From positions 18,464 to 82,463 of IMG/VR virus record IMGVR_UViG_2623620552_000001: 64,000 nucleotides of DNA. One strand, written 5' to 3'. This document shows positions 1 to 9,900 of this stretch, piece by piece. Numbering within the stretch: position 1 is the stretch's first letter; every line of letters begins with the position of its first letter. Made by a program: the position numbers and the translations under genes. The notes under the pieces were generated by a model. It was not told the DNA's origin and ran no database searches. It saw nothing but the letters and a program-made list of their open reading frames with translations. The DNA comes from a virus (Duplodnaviria; Caudoviricetes).

Positions 1-678
1 AATGAATACATCAAATCGGGATGCTGTCTCACGGCATAAGTCGCAACTGTAGAAATTGGCTATCGGCTGTATGGGGTATAATCCTATGCCGAGTCCTCTC
101 TCGCAGGCGGAGATAATCTCCCATAGAAGATATCTTATGCCTTTATTGCCGAACTTACGTGCTATGCGGTTATAGCATTTCACTTGGTCGATGTTATGGT
201 AGTACTTCACAAAATCAAGTTTGGAATAGTAAAGTCTTCCTGCTTTCTTGTGCTTGTCTATCCACTTTTCTGTGCGACGGGCGGCGAAGTGCATTCCCTT
301 GCCCTCTATTGAGGCACTGCTGTCGTAGTAGTAGTGTCGCATCAATATCGGCATGATGACACGCATCAGTGCATGGTGTTCTATATGGTCTGGGAAATAC
401 GGCAACTTATGAAGCCGGCGCATCTTTCCACAAGGACACCACTGCTCTACTTCCTGTCCAGGCGATGTATGATAAGTTCCTGTCATTAGCATCTTCTGAA
501 GGTTGTCAAGGTTCTTGTCACGTTCCTTGTCGAAGAGACGGACACCCTTGTGACCTCCTTTGCGCTTGCGAGCCTCACGGTCTGCCTCTATCAGGTTGTA
601 CATCTGCCACACCTGTTCTATGCGTACCTTGCGGTTCTTTCCACGCTTACTATATGTCAGTTCCTTTTCTTCCATCAT
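1..678 (-). CDS. DGR reverse transcriptase (5' part, 226 codons, truncated at window edge)
   Basis: Not in the ORF track. Manual translation from ATG 678 gives MMEEKELTYSKRGKNRKVR...KLPYFPDHIEHHAL...SASIEGKGMH...KLDFVKYYHNID...GLGIGLYPIQPIANFY..., matching RT motifs 2-4. It lies next to a TR. Confidence 0.93.
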   Translation of the reverse strand, partial: MMEEKELTYSKRGKNRKVRIEQVWQMYNLIEADREARKRKGGHKGVRLFDKERDKNLDNLQKMLMTGTYHTSPGQEVEQWCPCGKMRRLHKLPYFPDHIEHHALMRVIMPILMRHYYYDSSASIEGKGMHFAARRTEKWIDKHKKAGRLYYSKLDFVKYYHNIDQVKCYNRIARKFGNKGIRYLLWEIISACERGLGIGLYPIQPIANFYSCDLCRETASRFDVFI

Positions 679-892
679 ACATGATAATTTCTCACGGCCT
701 TCTACACTTTTGGCTACCGAGCGTTCGGTATAGGCGCACAACTGCCTTGCTTACTTGCACAGCGGGACTTTGTTTCATACCCAATGCCTTTTATTTTTGC
801 TCTGTCGGGTGTTACCCCTCCATCGAGACAGGTTCAATCGTGTGACCGGCCCGTAACTTGGGACGCGTCCCCGTATATTTTTTTATAGTGTC

Positions 893-1008
893 GAATTTCA
901 GGCGAGCCCCGATATTGTCATTCGCGTTCGAGAAAGCGTTATTCGAATTCGCGTACGAAAGACCGCATTGCGAACCGTTGTTCGCGTTACTGCCAACAAT
1001 CAGGAGCT
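893..1008 (-). repeat. DGR template repeat (TR)
   Basis: 116-bp ungapped match to 1377-1492. All 24 mismatches are at TR adenines on the - strand; the TR is rich in AAC/AAT codons. Confidence 0.96.
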
Positions 1009-1238
1009 CCACGATATGTCACCTTTTCGGAGGTTCTTTATGCCTCCTCGCCAACGCTATACGTTCCAAGGAAGAAGAAGGTTGTATAAAACTACCTTAG
1101 AACACGTCAGCGTAACTTGTATGTATCTTTCCGTGATACTTTCCTTATGGGTGCAAATTGTCAAAGAGCAACGTTTCTAATCTGGCGATTTTTCTAAATT
1201 GTTAATACTTTTTTGTCATTTCTCTTTTTTTTGTTAGG

Positions 1239-1309
1239 CGGAAGCCTGCCGGATTTTCAGAAAGCGACGCTTCCCGATTTCGCTTTTCGCTTCGCTCCGA
1301 CAGGCTCCG
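1239..1309 (-). promoter_or_regulatory. Nested stem-loop downstream of the DGR target gene (candidate DGR target-recognition hairpin)
   Basis: Arms cggaagcctgccgga (1239-1253) and tccgacaggctccg (1296-1309), with inner aaagcga/tcgcttt. No U-tract follows on the coding strand. Confidence 0.55.
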
Positions 1310-1322
1310 GCCCAATGCTTGC

Positions 1323-3314
1323 CTACGCAAGCATTGACAGAAGTTCCGCTCCGCTAACGATCTCTGGTTCCGAATAGAAGGCCAGGCGAGCCCCGACACT
1401 GACATCCGCGCCCGAGAAAGCGCGATCCGAAGACGCGGACGAAAGACCGCACGGCGAACCGAGGTACGCGGGACCGCCAACAACCAGGAGCTGACCACCT
1501 GTAGCAGCCCAATATCCGTCGCAGTAGTAGGTGGTTTCACTACCGCCTACAGCCTTTGGCAGCATATCCCAATACTCTCCGAGTTCCATCTGTGTTGCGT
1601 ACTGTCCGTTTGCACTTGAAAGCACACCACTGATGTCACGTCCTTCTGCGGTATTGCTTACCACATTGCCGTCATAGACAACAGCATGCCTAACACTTCC
1701 GCTCATATAGAAGCGAATACCAGGACGGAACTCCCACAACTTGCCGAACATGTCCTCAAAGCCGAACAGCTTCGTCACATAGCGTGTAACGTTAGCTCTG
1801 TCCGTTGCTGTCACGCATCCTGTTCCATCACCAAGGCTATCTGCCATACCATGAGCTAAGTCTCTATAAGCATCCCATGACGCACTTGAGCGGGCATTGC
1901 CGTTGGAAAGGAAGCTCTCTGAGTTGAGATTGCCATAGCGTGCCTGATAGAGTGCATTGATAAGACAGTGGAACTGATAGTTAGCCAATCCAAAGTCTGC
2001 GTGAATGGCTTGTGCGTCCTGCCAGAAGGCACTCATCGTCTTAGAGTGTGAAGAGCCTACACCTGCACGGCTATGCCCTCCTGCAGACATCTGATAAGCA
2101 CCCACCCAATGTGGGGATGCAAATACATGTCCTCCGTTAATAGGTGTCATTCCACCGAATTGTAAGGTAGTTCCATTGCCTAAGTAATGACAGTCTGGAA
2201 CATGTATCATACACTCAGTGGCGGCTTTGGCTGCATCTGTCACAGTGCTTCCATCTGCGAACAAACTCCAATTGGAAGGATTTAGTTTGGCGGCATATAC
2301 CTTGCCATCCTTTACGAGGAATAGATAGCCACCCATACGGTTGATATACTGTGCTGCTGCTCCCTGATTGTTTACGGTGAATGTAGGTGATGAACTTCCC
2401 TCAAGCGTGAAATTAGATACAATGGAATCTATTGCATAGGACATGTTAGTCTGTATTTCCTTCACTGATTGCTGTAGGTTATCTATCTGCTCTTCATAAT
2501 CTCCCTCTGGTGTCTGCCAGGTTCCGTCTTCGCGCAAATACTTACTTGTACCACTGCCAGTACCAAGAGCAGACTTAACTTCAGCGGCTGTTGGTGCAAT
2601 ATGCTTCTGAGCACCTGCCTCTATACCGCCTAACTTATTCTTCTCATCTGTTGTATAGTCATTGGTTGACAGTCCCTTACCTGTTACCTTATCAACCTTT
2701 TTGGCAAGTTCGGTATATGCACCACCAGTCGTGAACTTGGTAGTACCTCCTGATACTGGTGTTGCACTATCTCCCGTGTTGACAACATCCCCCAATCCTA
2801 CCTGTACCTTTGTGACACCATGCGGATTGCTTGTGTTGTTGATGTGGTCGTTGACCACCTTTCCATCGGCAGCAGTACCTGTTGTGGTGCCAATCGCAAG
2901 GTCGCCTTTAATCTGAGTATATGCAGAACCACTCCATCTCCAAGAGGTATTGGTTGACTTGTCAACGTAAATCTTTCCTCCCTCACCAGTTGCGGGGAAT
3001 GCTGACTTGGTGTCATACTCCAATACATCATCCACGTAAGACGGAAGTTGCGAAGAAGGCACTTTTCCTGCGGAGTCAAGCGTTGCCACACCAGAAGCAG
3101 CACCCATCTCACTTCTCTTAACCTGTGCATCGTTTGTTACACTGCCAAGACCGACATCGGACTTGCTGACGGTAACATTGCCGCTCAGAGCATGACCATT
3201 GACGGTCGTTGTCTTGTCTACCTTCGGGTCTATCTTGTCCGTCTTGAGCTTCTGCAAAGCCGCTTTGAGGTCTTGGACGTTGATAGCCTCGGTTTCATGT
3301 CCTGTTGTTGCCAT
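1323..3314 (-). CDS. DGR target protein: fibre/adhesin with C-terminal variable (CLec-type) domain
   Basis: 663 aa with phage fibre repeats (GLSTNDYT, NPHGVTKVQVGL), EDMFGKLWEF, and a C-terminal VR ending GARLAF. Confidence 0.9.
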   Translation of the reverse strand: MATTGHETEAINVQDLKAALQKLKTDKIDPKVDKTTTVNGHALSGNVTVSKSDVGLGSVTNDAQVKRSEMGAASGVATLDSAGKVPSSQLPSYVDDVLEYDTKSAFPATGEGGKIYVDKSTNTSWRWSGSAYTQIKGDLAIGTTTGTAADGKVVNDHINNTSNPHGVTKVQVGLGDVVNTGDSATPVSGGTTKFTTGGAYTELAKKVDKVTGKGLSTNDYTTDEKNKLGGIEAGAQKHIAPTAAEVKSALGTGSGTSKYLREDGTWQTPEGDYEEQIDNLQQSVKEIQTNMSYAIDSIVSNFTLEGSSSPTFTVNNQGAAAQYINRMGGYLFLVKDGKVYAAKLNPSNWSLFADGSTVTDAAKAATECMIHVPDCHYLGNGTTLQFGGMTPINGGHVFASPHWVGAYQMSAGGHSRAGVGSSHSKTMSAFWQDAQAIHADFGLANYQFHCLINALYQARYGNLNSESFLSNGNARSSASWDAYRDLAHGMADSLGDGTGCVTATDRANVTRYVTKLFGFEDMFGKLWEFRPGIRFYMSGSVRHAVVYDGNVVSNTAEGRDISGVLSSANGQYATQMELGEYWDMLPKAVGGSETTYYCDGYWAATGGQLLVVGGPAYLGSPCGLSSASSDRAFSGADVSVGARLAFYSEPEIVSGAELLSMLA
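1377..1492 (-). repeat. DGR variable repeat (VR)
   Basis: Adenine-specific divergence from TR 893-1008; encodes LLVVGGPAYLGSPCGLSSASSDRAFSGADVSVGARLAF. Confidence 0.96.
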
Positions 3315-3330
3315 AATATATATCGTTTTT

Positions 3331-3465
3331 TCAAGTTAATTCATTTATGATTGATTCGCAAGTAGCCACGGAGGCATACTCGGTAAGTCCCGGTATCGCA
3401 GGCTTCAGCTTGTCATCCCATAGGGTCTTGAAGTCTTCGAGAGCCATATAATTTTCGCCTGTCAT
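3331..3465 (-). CDS. 44-aa mini protein made of fibre N- and C-terminal helix modules
   Basis: MTGENYMALEDFKTLWDDKLKPAIPGLTEYASVATCESIINELT. The N half matches the N-terminus of 3552-4427; the C half matches the C-terminus of 5014-6516. Confidence 0.8.
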   Translation of the reverse strand: MTGENYMALEDFKTLWDDKLKPAIPGLTEYASVATCESIINELT

Positions 3466-3498
3466 AATCGTTTCTGTTTATTCTTCCTTTATCATGTC

Positions 3499-3540
3499 AA
3501 AAAAGAATCTCGGGGAGAGGAACGCGTCCCCTCCCTGAGA
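3499..3540 (-). terminator. Rho-independent terminator-like hairpin
   Basis: - strand tctcagggagggga-cgcgt-tcctctccccgaga followed by ttctttttt. Confidence 0.7.
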
Positions 3541-3551
3541 AAAAGAGAGCC

Positions 3552-4427
3552 TTAGACTACGAAAGCAGCCAGTTCCTGTGCGGTAACGCGGTTGGGCACC
3601 TCGATGTCAACAGCCTTGTTAGCATCGGGAGTCAGAGCCGTGCCGTTCACCTTCACGCTCTGGATGGCGGTGTCGGCCTTACCACCCTGTGCAGCGGTAG
3701 CGAAGTCAGAAGCCTTCGCGCCTGAGTCTGTCAGGTTGCCGTTGGCATCCAGTCCGGCGAAGTTGCCGTTAGTAGCAGAAGCCACCTTGTCGGCCTTTCC
3801 GCTGATGTCCTGGTGCTGCTGAATAGCAGTATCAGCCAGTGCGAGGGAAGCCTGCACTTCTGCCGTCATGTCGGTAGAAGGAATACCGCCGCTTGGCTTG
3901 TCGTACTTAGCACCCCAGGCAGCCTTGTCGCTGGTGGTCACGTGGATGTCGCTGTTGCCAGTGTGAGAGGCAATGGCAGCTGCGTTGGCAGCACCCTTGG
4001 AACCTTCGTAGGCAGTGCCTGCGGTCTCACCGAGAGCGATGCTTGCGGAAATCTCCGCATAGGCAGTGCCACCCCAACGATAAGTCTTGTTGTCATCGAG
4101 CGTGACATAGATCTTGCCACCCTCACCCTCTGCGGGCAGTGCTGCGAAGTTGGCTGCCTCGATAACGTCGTCAACGAATGAAGGCAGCTGGCTTGATGGA
4201 ACCTTACCGGTAGCATCCAAGGTGGCAACACCACTGTTGGCGCCCTTCTCAGTAGCAGCGATGAACGTGCTCTGGGCGATGTTAGTACCATCAGCCAGAA
4301 CGAGGTTCTTGGCATTGGTGTCAGTACCTGCCAACATCGCAATGAAACCGGCTACGATGTAAGGCTTGAGTTTGCTGGTCCAGAGTTCCTGGACGTCGGC
4401 TAACGCCATGTAATTCTCTTTAGTCAT
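3552..4427 (-). CDS. Phage fibre-like structural protein
   Basis: 291 aa. Shares the GVATLD..GKVPSSQLPS.VDDV domain with the DGR target; also DISGKADKV and GNFAGLDANGNL fibre repeats. Confidence 0.75.
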   Translation of the reverse strand: MTKENYMALADVQELWTSKLKPYIVAGFIAMLAGTDTNAKNLVLADGTNIAQSTFIAATEKGANSGVATLDATGKVPSSQLPSFVDDVIEAANFAALPAEGEGGKIYVTLDDNKTYRWGGTAYAEISASIALGETAGTAYEGSKGAANAAAIASHTGNSDIHVTTSDKAAWGAKYDKPSGGIPSTDMTAEVQASLALADTAIQQHQDISGKADKVASATNGNFAGLDANGNLTDSGAKASDFATAAQGGKADTAIQSVKVNGTALTPDANKAVDIEVPNRVTAQELAAFVV

Positions 4428-4483
4428 GATAATAAAAGAATTAAATTAAACATATAGAGGACTTTCACCTCCGATTACTATAA

Positions 4484-4771
4484 TTACATCATCTGTATGC
4501 ATGCCATAATCTGACCTTTCAGCTCGTCATGGTCGTCGCCTTGCTTGACGGCTTGGTCGAAAAGCATCTTCAGAGTCATGGTAGCACCTATGATATACCC
4601 CTGTGAGGATGCCCTTGGTGCATCGGGTGCTTTCAGTGATGAGTACATCACCATAGCCACCTTCTCAGCCTGCTGTATCTCTTTAGGTACTGCCGGCTTA
4701 GTGTGAGTTCTCTTCCTGCCTCTTGGTGCGGGAGCCTTTGGAGTAGGCTTTGTTGCTGTTCTTGTAGTCAT
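4484..4771 (-). CDS. Hypothetical protein
   Basis: 95-aa ORF in the co-oriented tail operon. Confidence 0.6.
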   Translation of the reverse strand: MTTRTATKPTPKAPAPRGRKRTHTKPAVPKEIQQAEKVAMVMYSSLKAPDAPRASSQGYIIGATMTLKMLFDQAVKQGDDHDELKGQIMACIQMM

Positions 4772-4776
4772 AAGTC

Positions 4777-4998
4777 TTATACGTTAAAGTTGTCCATCTG
4801 TTCCTGTGTCACGCGGTCCTTGTCGGTGATCATCGAGTCCTTCACCGACTTGCCCAGGTCGACCATCTCCACGGATTCGTCCTTTATCTCCTGGCTGCCT
4901 ACGGAGTCAGGTCCCGGCTGGGAGCCACCGCCTCCTCCGTCTAACTCATACTCTTTACCATCATATTCAAAGATAAGCTTGTTTATTTTCTCTGCCAT
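4777..4998 (-). CDS. Small fibre-associated protein
   Basis: 73 aa with a Gly linker; its C-terminus DRVTQEQMDNF resembles NRVTAQELAAF of 3552-4427. Confidence 0.65.
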   Translation of the reverse strand: MAEKINKLIFEYDGKEYELDGGGGGSQPGPDSVGSQEIKDESVEMVDLGKSVKDSMITDKDRVTQEQMDNFNV

Positions 4999-5013
4999 AG
5001 TCGTAATTATTTA

Positions 5014-6516
5014 TTAGTTTAACTCATCAATGATACTCTCACACGTCTCTACCGTTGCGAACACAAGTTCTTCCTTTACCCTGCGGGCGAGGTCTTCCTT
5101 ATCCTCTTCGCTCATAGAATCCCAATCAAGGTCATCACCCGTGGCATAGACGGACTTCTGATAGGTCTTTGTCTGAGCATTCCAGATATACCAATAGTTC
5201 TCATCACCTGTCGTGCCGTCGCCGATAAAAGGAGGATGATCGTTCCAGTCCTTAGCATAGTCACCCTGCGCCTTGGCATAATCGCCTTGCGTGTTGGCAT
5301 AGGTGGCTTTCTCATTGGCTAACGCAGCCTTTTCATTTGCTAACCCTGCCTTATCATTCGCTAACGTTGCCTTATCATTGGCATTAGAAGCAGCATTATT
5401 GGCGAGCGTTGCCTTGCTATTAGCGTTCGATGCTGCTGTATTGGCATTCGACGTAGCGGTCTGTGCGGCCTGTGTCTTGCTGACGACATCAGCCCTAAGC
5501 GTGTTCCAATCCCCACGGACACCACTGCTCTCATCTGTTCCAAAGAAGGAGTTCCATGATGTATTGACACCAGACCAGAAGTCGCCCCATAGCTTCCTTA
5601 CGCCTGTTGGCAATGTGTCACTGAACCAGTTAGTCCAATCGGTCTGACGCTGTGTCTCCGCAGCAACACGGGCCTGCTCGTTGCTCTGGCGTGTCTGCTC
5701 GTTAGCCTCTATCTGCTGACGGCTTATATTGGCGTTATCTGCTGCCGTCTGTGCGAGCGTAGCCTTTTGGTTTGCATTGGTAGCGGCACTATTGGCATCC
5801 GTGGTGGCCTGCTGAATAGCTGGCTTCATATTGGTTAGCCAATCAGCCCACGCTTCCGATGATGCCTGGTCAAGGTCGCAGAGGAAAGTAAAGCTTCCTT
5901 GTGAGTTCTTGCAATACATCTTGGCATTGTCCTCCGATGTCTTGTCGGTGGTAGCAATGATGACGAACTTTCCCTGTGGCACGTTTGCGGCATCGGCATT
6001 CATAGCAGCAACGGAAGGATAGGTGCGATATATATCAAAGCCAATATCAACACTCCGTGACACACCATTTCGGTCTGTGATGGTTACGGTAAACCCTTGC
6101 AATCCTGCGTTGACATTCTCTGCCCCTGCGGTAGCGCCCTGCGCTGCCGTTGCTGCGGTGTTGGCATTGGTGGTAGCCGTCTGCGCATCTACTTTCAATG
6201 TGCCCCATTCAGTAGAGCGTGCCGTGAACCAGTCACTCCATGTCTTGCGCACTCCCTGTTGGTCTGATGTGCCGAACCATGTGTTCCATGCGTTCTGTAT
6301 TGCCGTGACGGTATTATCAAGGTACTGCTTCAGCACAAGGAGTTTCATGCTGACATATCCAGTCATAGAGCCTCCCTGTACACGTATGCCGGGAAGGGTG
6401 ACATCATCGTTTATCTGCGAGACATCATCAATGACATCCTCTTCCTGCTCTACCGAGTACCCTAACTGCTCAAGGGCTTCGCTGACCTGTTCTATAAATT
6501 CGGGTGTTACTGCCAT
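5014..6516 (-). CDS. Tail fibre-like protein with Ala/Asn heptad repeats
   Basis: 500 aa; ANxKAxL repeats and recurring GVRxxWxxW units. Confidence 0.75.
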   Translation of the reverse strand: MAVTPEFIEQVSEALEQLGYSVEQEEDVIDDVSQINDDVTLPGIRVQGGSMTGYVSMKLLVLKQYLDNTVTAIQNAWNTWFGTSDQQGVRKTWSDWFTARSTEWGTLKVDAQTATTNANTAATAAQGATAGAENVNAGLQGFTVTITDRNGVSRSVDIGFDIYRTYPSVAAMNADAANVPQGKFVIIATTDKTSEDNAKMYCKNSQGSFTFLCDLDQASSEAWADWLTNMKPAIQQATTDANSAATNANQKATLAQTAADNANISRQQIEANEQTRQSNEQARVAAETQRQTDWTNWFSDTLPTGVRKLWGDFWSGVNTSWNSFFGTDESSGVRGDWNTLRADVVSKTQAAQTATSNANTAASNANSKATLANNAASNANDKATLANDKAGLANEKAALANEKATYANTQGDYAKAQGDYAKDWNDHPPFIGDGTTGDENYWYIWNAQTKTYQKSVYATGDDLDWDSMSEEDKEDLARRVKEELVFATVETCESIIDELN

Positions 6517-6521
6517 ATCTC

Positions 6522-6923
6522 TTACTGTTTAATATATCTAATCCATGCAAAGGCATCCCTTCTGTCCAAGTACATGAGGTCGTACTGGTTGGCGTATGCC
6601 TCACGCTCCAAACTGATGTTCTTGTATGCCGTCATCATATTGCGGTAGATGCACAGACGGACAAGCCACTCTATGCCGTACCACCAGAAGAAGAGAGGGA
6701 TGGCAAGGAGCGACCACCACCCGCATCCTGCTGCGGCGAGGACGGCGGCAATGATAGCACCTACGACAAGCATCTCCTTCTGCTGTCTGCCGTGCGTTCC
6801 CTCATGGCGCTCTCCTATGGTGTTGAAAGCCCACGCTCTGTCCTTGCGGATAAAGAGGAACGGCCAAATCACCATTGACGTGAATCTTTTCACTGGGAAT
6901 ATGTTGTTATATATCTTTTTCAT
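6522..6923 (-). CDS. Membrane-associated protein with HExxH zincin-like motif
   Basis: HEGTH...SLEREAY with two hydrophobic segments. Confidence 0.6.
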   Translation of the reverse strand: MKKIYNNIFPVKRFTSMVIWPFLFIRKDRAWAFNTIGERHEGTHGRQQKEMLVVGAIIAAVLAAAGCGWWSLLAIPLFFWWYGIEWLVRLCIYRNMMTAYKNISLEREAYANQYDLMYLDRRDAFAWIRYIKQ

Positions 6924-6942
6924 ATCGTCTTTTTCTCCTGCA

Positions 6943-9900
6943 TTAATTACTGTATATCATTGACCAGCACTTTCCATAAGTAGGAATATCACCTAAGTAG
7001 AAGAGAAGTGCAGAAGTCCTATCATTCCAAGTATATGCCTCCCCCGGCTCAATAAGTGCGACATCATCACTTCCATTAAGCACATAGGCATTACTGCTTG
7101 CTTTTAATATCATACTATCTGACATATTCTTGATAATAAATATTGTACCAACAGGCGGGTCCTTTGGCAGAGTAAAGGATTTTGTCCTTATGTTGATTCT
7201 GTCATAATTCTTGGTATCCAATACCTTCAGATAGCCCCAATCATCAACATACACACGTCCTTCAGGATAGGCTTCATTTCTGGTAGGCCAACTATTACTA
7301 TATAAACAAGCTCCGCTATCATCTGAACCAACCTTTAAAGTATATCTGGTGTTGTTATCTTTTGGATATTGGCTCTCTATTATAGGATAGAAAGAATTGT
7401 AGAAAGCATCAATAAATGAACTGTTTTCTGATGATTGTGTTCTCCAGTAGTTTCTAAAATATCCGCCATCAACTTTATCAATTCCACTTTCTTGCTTTAC
7501 AAAAAACAGCCCGCCGCCATAGGAAATGTCTATTCCATCTCCACTATCTCCATCAAATAGTATTTTGATTTTTGACCGTCCATCTTTATCATATCCTGTA
7601 ATTGTAGGAATAGCTATTGAAGTGGTTGCTGTGTGATATGCGGACGGTGCTATTTCCCACCTTCCTTTTCCTTCTGCTATTGAGGTTACCTTTCCTTCAA
7701 AATAGCCGTTTTTGACATTTACATTACCAGCATTATCCCAATTAAAGTTTCCTCTAGCAAAATATCCAGAGCCATCCATGCGGAAAAGTGAAGTTGCCTT
7801 ACCGCTATTAGTTGTGTCATAGGTTTGAGTAGAACTGTTGTATCTATCTTCCATAGAACCACCAAACCATGCAGCAATAGTACTATCATTAAGATAGATA
7901 CCATTCATCCCGCCGTATGTATTGTAATTCTCTACATCTTCCTTGTCTCCAGTTCCTTTATAATGGCGAAGGGCAATAAGTGATGTCAAAAGAAGTCCTC
8001 CATCTATTAACGTTGCACCATTCAAAGCGTCTTTTATGGTATCAAGTAAATCTACTTTATTTTTTGCCCCTTTTGCTAAGCTATAAGCGTCATCTGCAGC
8101 AGCCTGTGCATCATCAGCAACTTTCTTTGCTGCTGTTGCTATGGCGTTCATTATCGTTGTTCTAGCTGTGTAGTAAGCAGATATATTTTCATAATCGCTT
8201 TCTATTGTTATGTCCTCTGGAGAAGATGCAGTGTACTTATCGAAAGCCGTAATAGCATTTCCATATGCCGTTACAAATGCTGTTTTTGAAACACTATACT
8301 TGTCAGCTTCTGAACAAATCTGAGAATACTCCTGAACAATATCGTTCTTTTGCTGCTTGAGAGAAGTCTTTTCTTGTGGTGAAATCTTACCGTCAGAAGC
8401 CCAATTGTTTAGTCTGTTGTTAGCTGTGTTAGCAGAAGTCTGAGCAGCACTTGCTGCATTGGCGGCGTTTGATGCAGCGGTTGCAGCTTCATTTGCAGCG
8501 GACTGTGCTGTTTCTGCGGCACTCTGCGCTGTTGCAGCGGCACCGGCGGCATTTGATATACCTTGGCTTATCTGTCCACCTGTAAGTGCCTGCACATATT
8601 GGTTTGCTTTAAAATCATTGAGTGCAGAGTCGTCAGTGTAATCTATCTCCTCAAAAGTTACAGGAGAGACATTGGTACAACGATACACCTTGCCTTTCTT
8701 ATAAACAACACCGCTCTGTGTCGTATTATCATTTGGTATGAAGAGGTCTCTCACATGAAGATTATTTCCCCATGCTCCCCAATTAACATAGATGTTTGAT
8801 TTTCCGTCAATAGTGTCAAATACACTTTGTGGAATATTCTGCTGCTCCCAATCATAACGTGGACTTGCGCCTTGTCCTTTGTCCTTATAGTACCATGTCG
8901 TTCCGTTACCTGTTTTATACCACAGGTCTCCAACATGCTCTGCTTTTAACTCGTCTGTATTCCAAGCAGATGACGGGTCTGCGTTCTGATACCACGTTTC
9001 GGCTTTCTTGTCCAACTGTAACTCTATGTCATCCGTGATGGCAGTGATGAGATTGTTGATGTAAGTATCCAGGGCTTGATTACCAATAGTGCTTTGTGCG
9101 GAAATCCTCGCCTTTACCTCAAGTAACTTGTTCAATGAGTCATACTTAATGTACGTAGAGTTATCCCTTGCACCGATGAAAGCGTCTCCATAGTCCTCTA
9201 TGATAGGCACACCCGTATTAGGGTTGTAAAGTAACCCAATGATACGTTTGTTCGCCAAGGAGAAATCGTTTATGTCGTGATAGAATTTAAGGGCAGGAGA
9301 GTCTGCATTGCTTACATCTAATGTTATGATATTCTGACGGTTTGTGGTGCGGTCGTTACCGAACTGTACGACATGGTCACCTGCGGCGGGAATGTCAGAA
9401 CCTTCGTCATAGCCTCCATCCACATTGCTGACATCGAACCAATGGTACACCTTTCCGTCTATCAAAGCAGGCTGGCAGTGTGTCGTGTCGGGATTCTCTG
9501 ATGGCTCTTCGGTATTGGATGACACCCTTATCACCTTCCTCCACCAATATACATTGCCTATTTTCGATGAACCTTCAACATAGGTGTTTCTCTTGGAACT
9601 CTTCATATTTATCGTCTGACAGCGTGCAAGGTCACCAATAGCCCACATGTTGTCAATCTCCCTGTCATCATCCTCGGCAAGGAAATAGAGACGGAAAGCC
9701 TTTACGTCCTTCAGTTCCTCTGATGTTATGGTCTTCTTCGTCTTGCGGTTTCTTCCGAAGAACACTCCCTTCAAAAGGAACGGCATCTTCTTCAACAGCC
9801 AAGGCACCTGACGATATACATATCCTACCACCTCACCACTCTCATTGATGAAATCGGTCTTTACAATGATGTTGGCAGCAGAAGAATATACCTGGTTACC

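Noticed and set aside
812-1012. 66-aa ORF resembling the C-terminus of the DGR target
   Set aside because: It is the translation of the template repeat (Asn-rich AAC/AAT codons), not evidence of a separate protein or of Avd.
3020-4190. YVDD/FVDD strings in the 663-aa and 291-aa proteins as RT catalytic motifs
   Set aside because: They lie in a shared fibre domain (VPSSQLPSxVDDV) with no other RT motifs.
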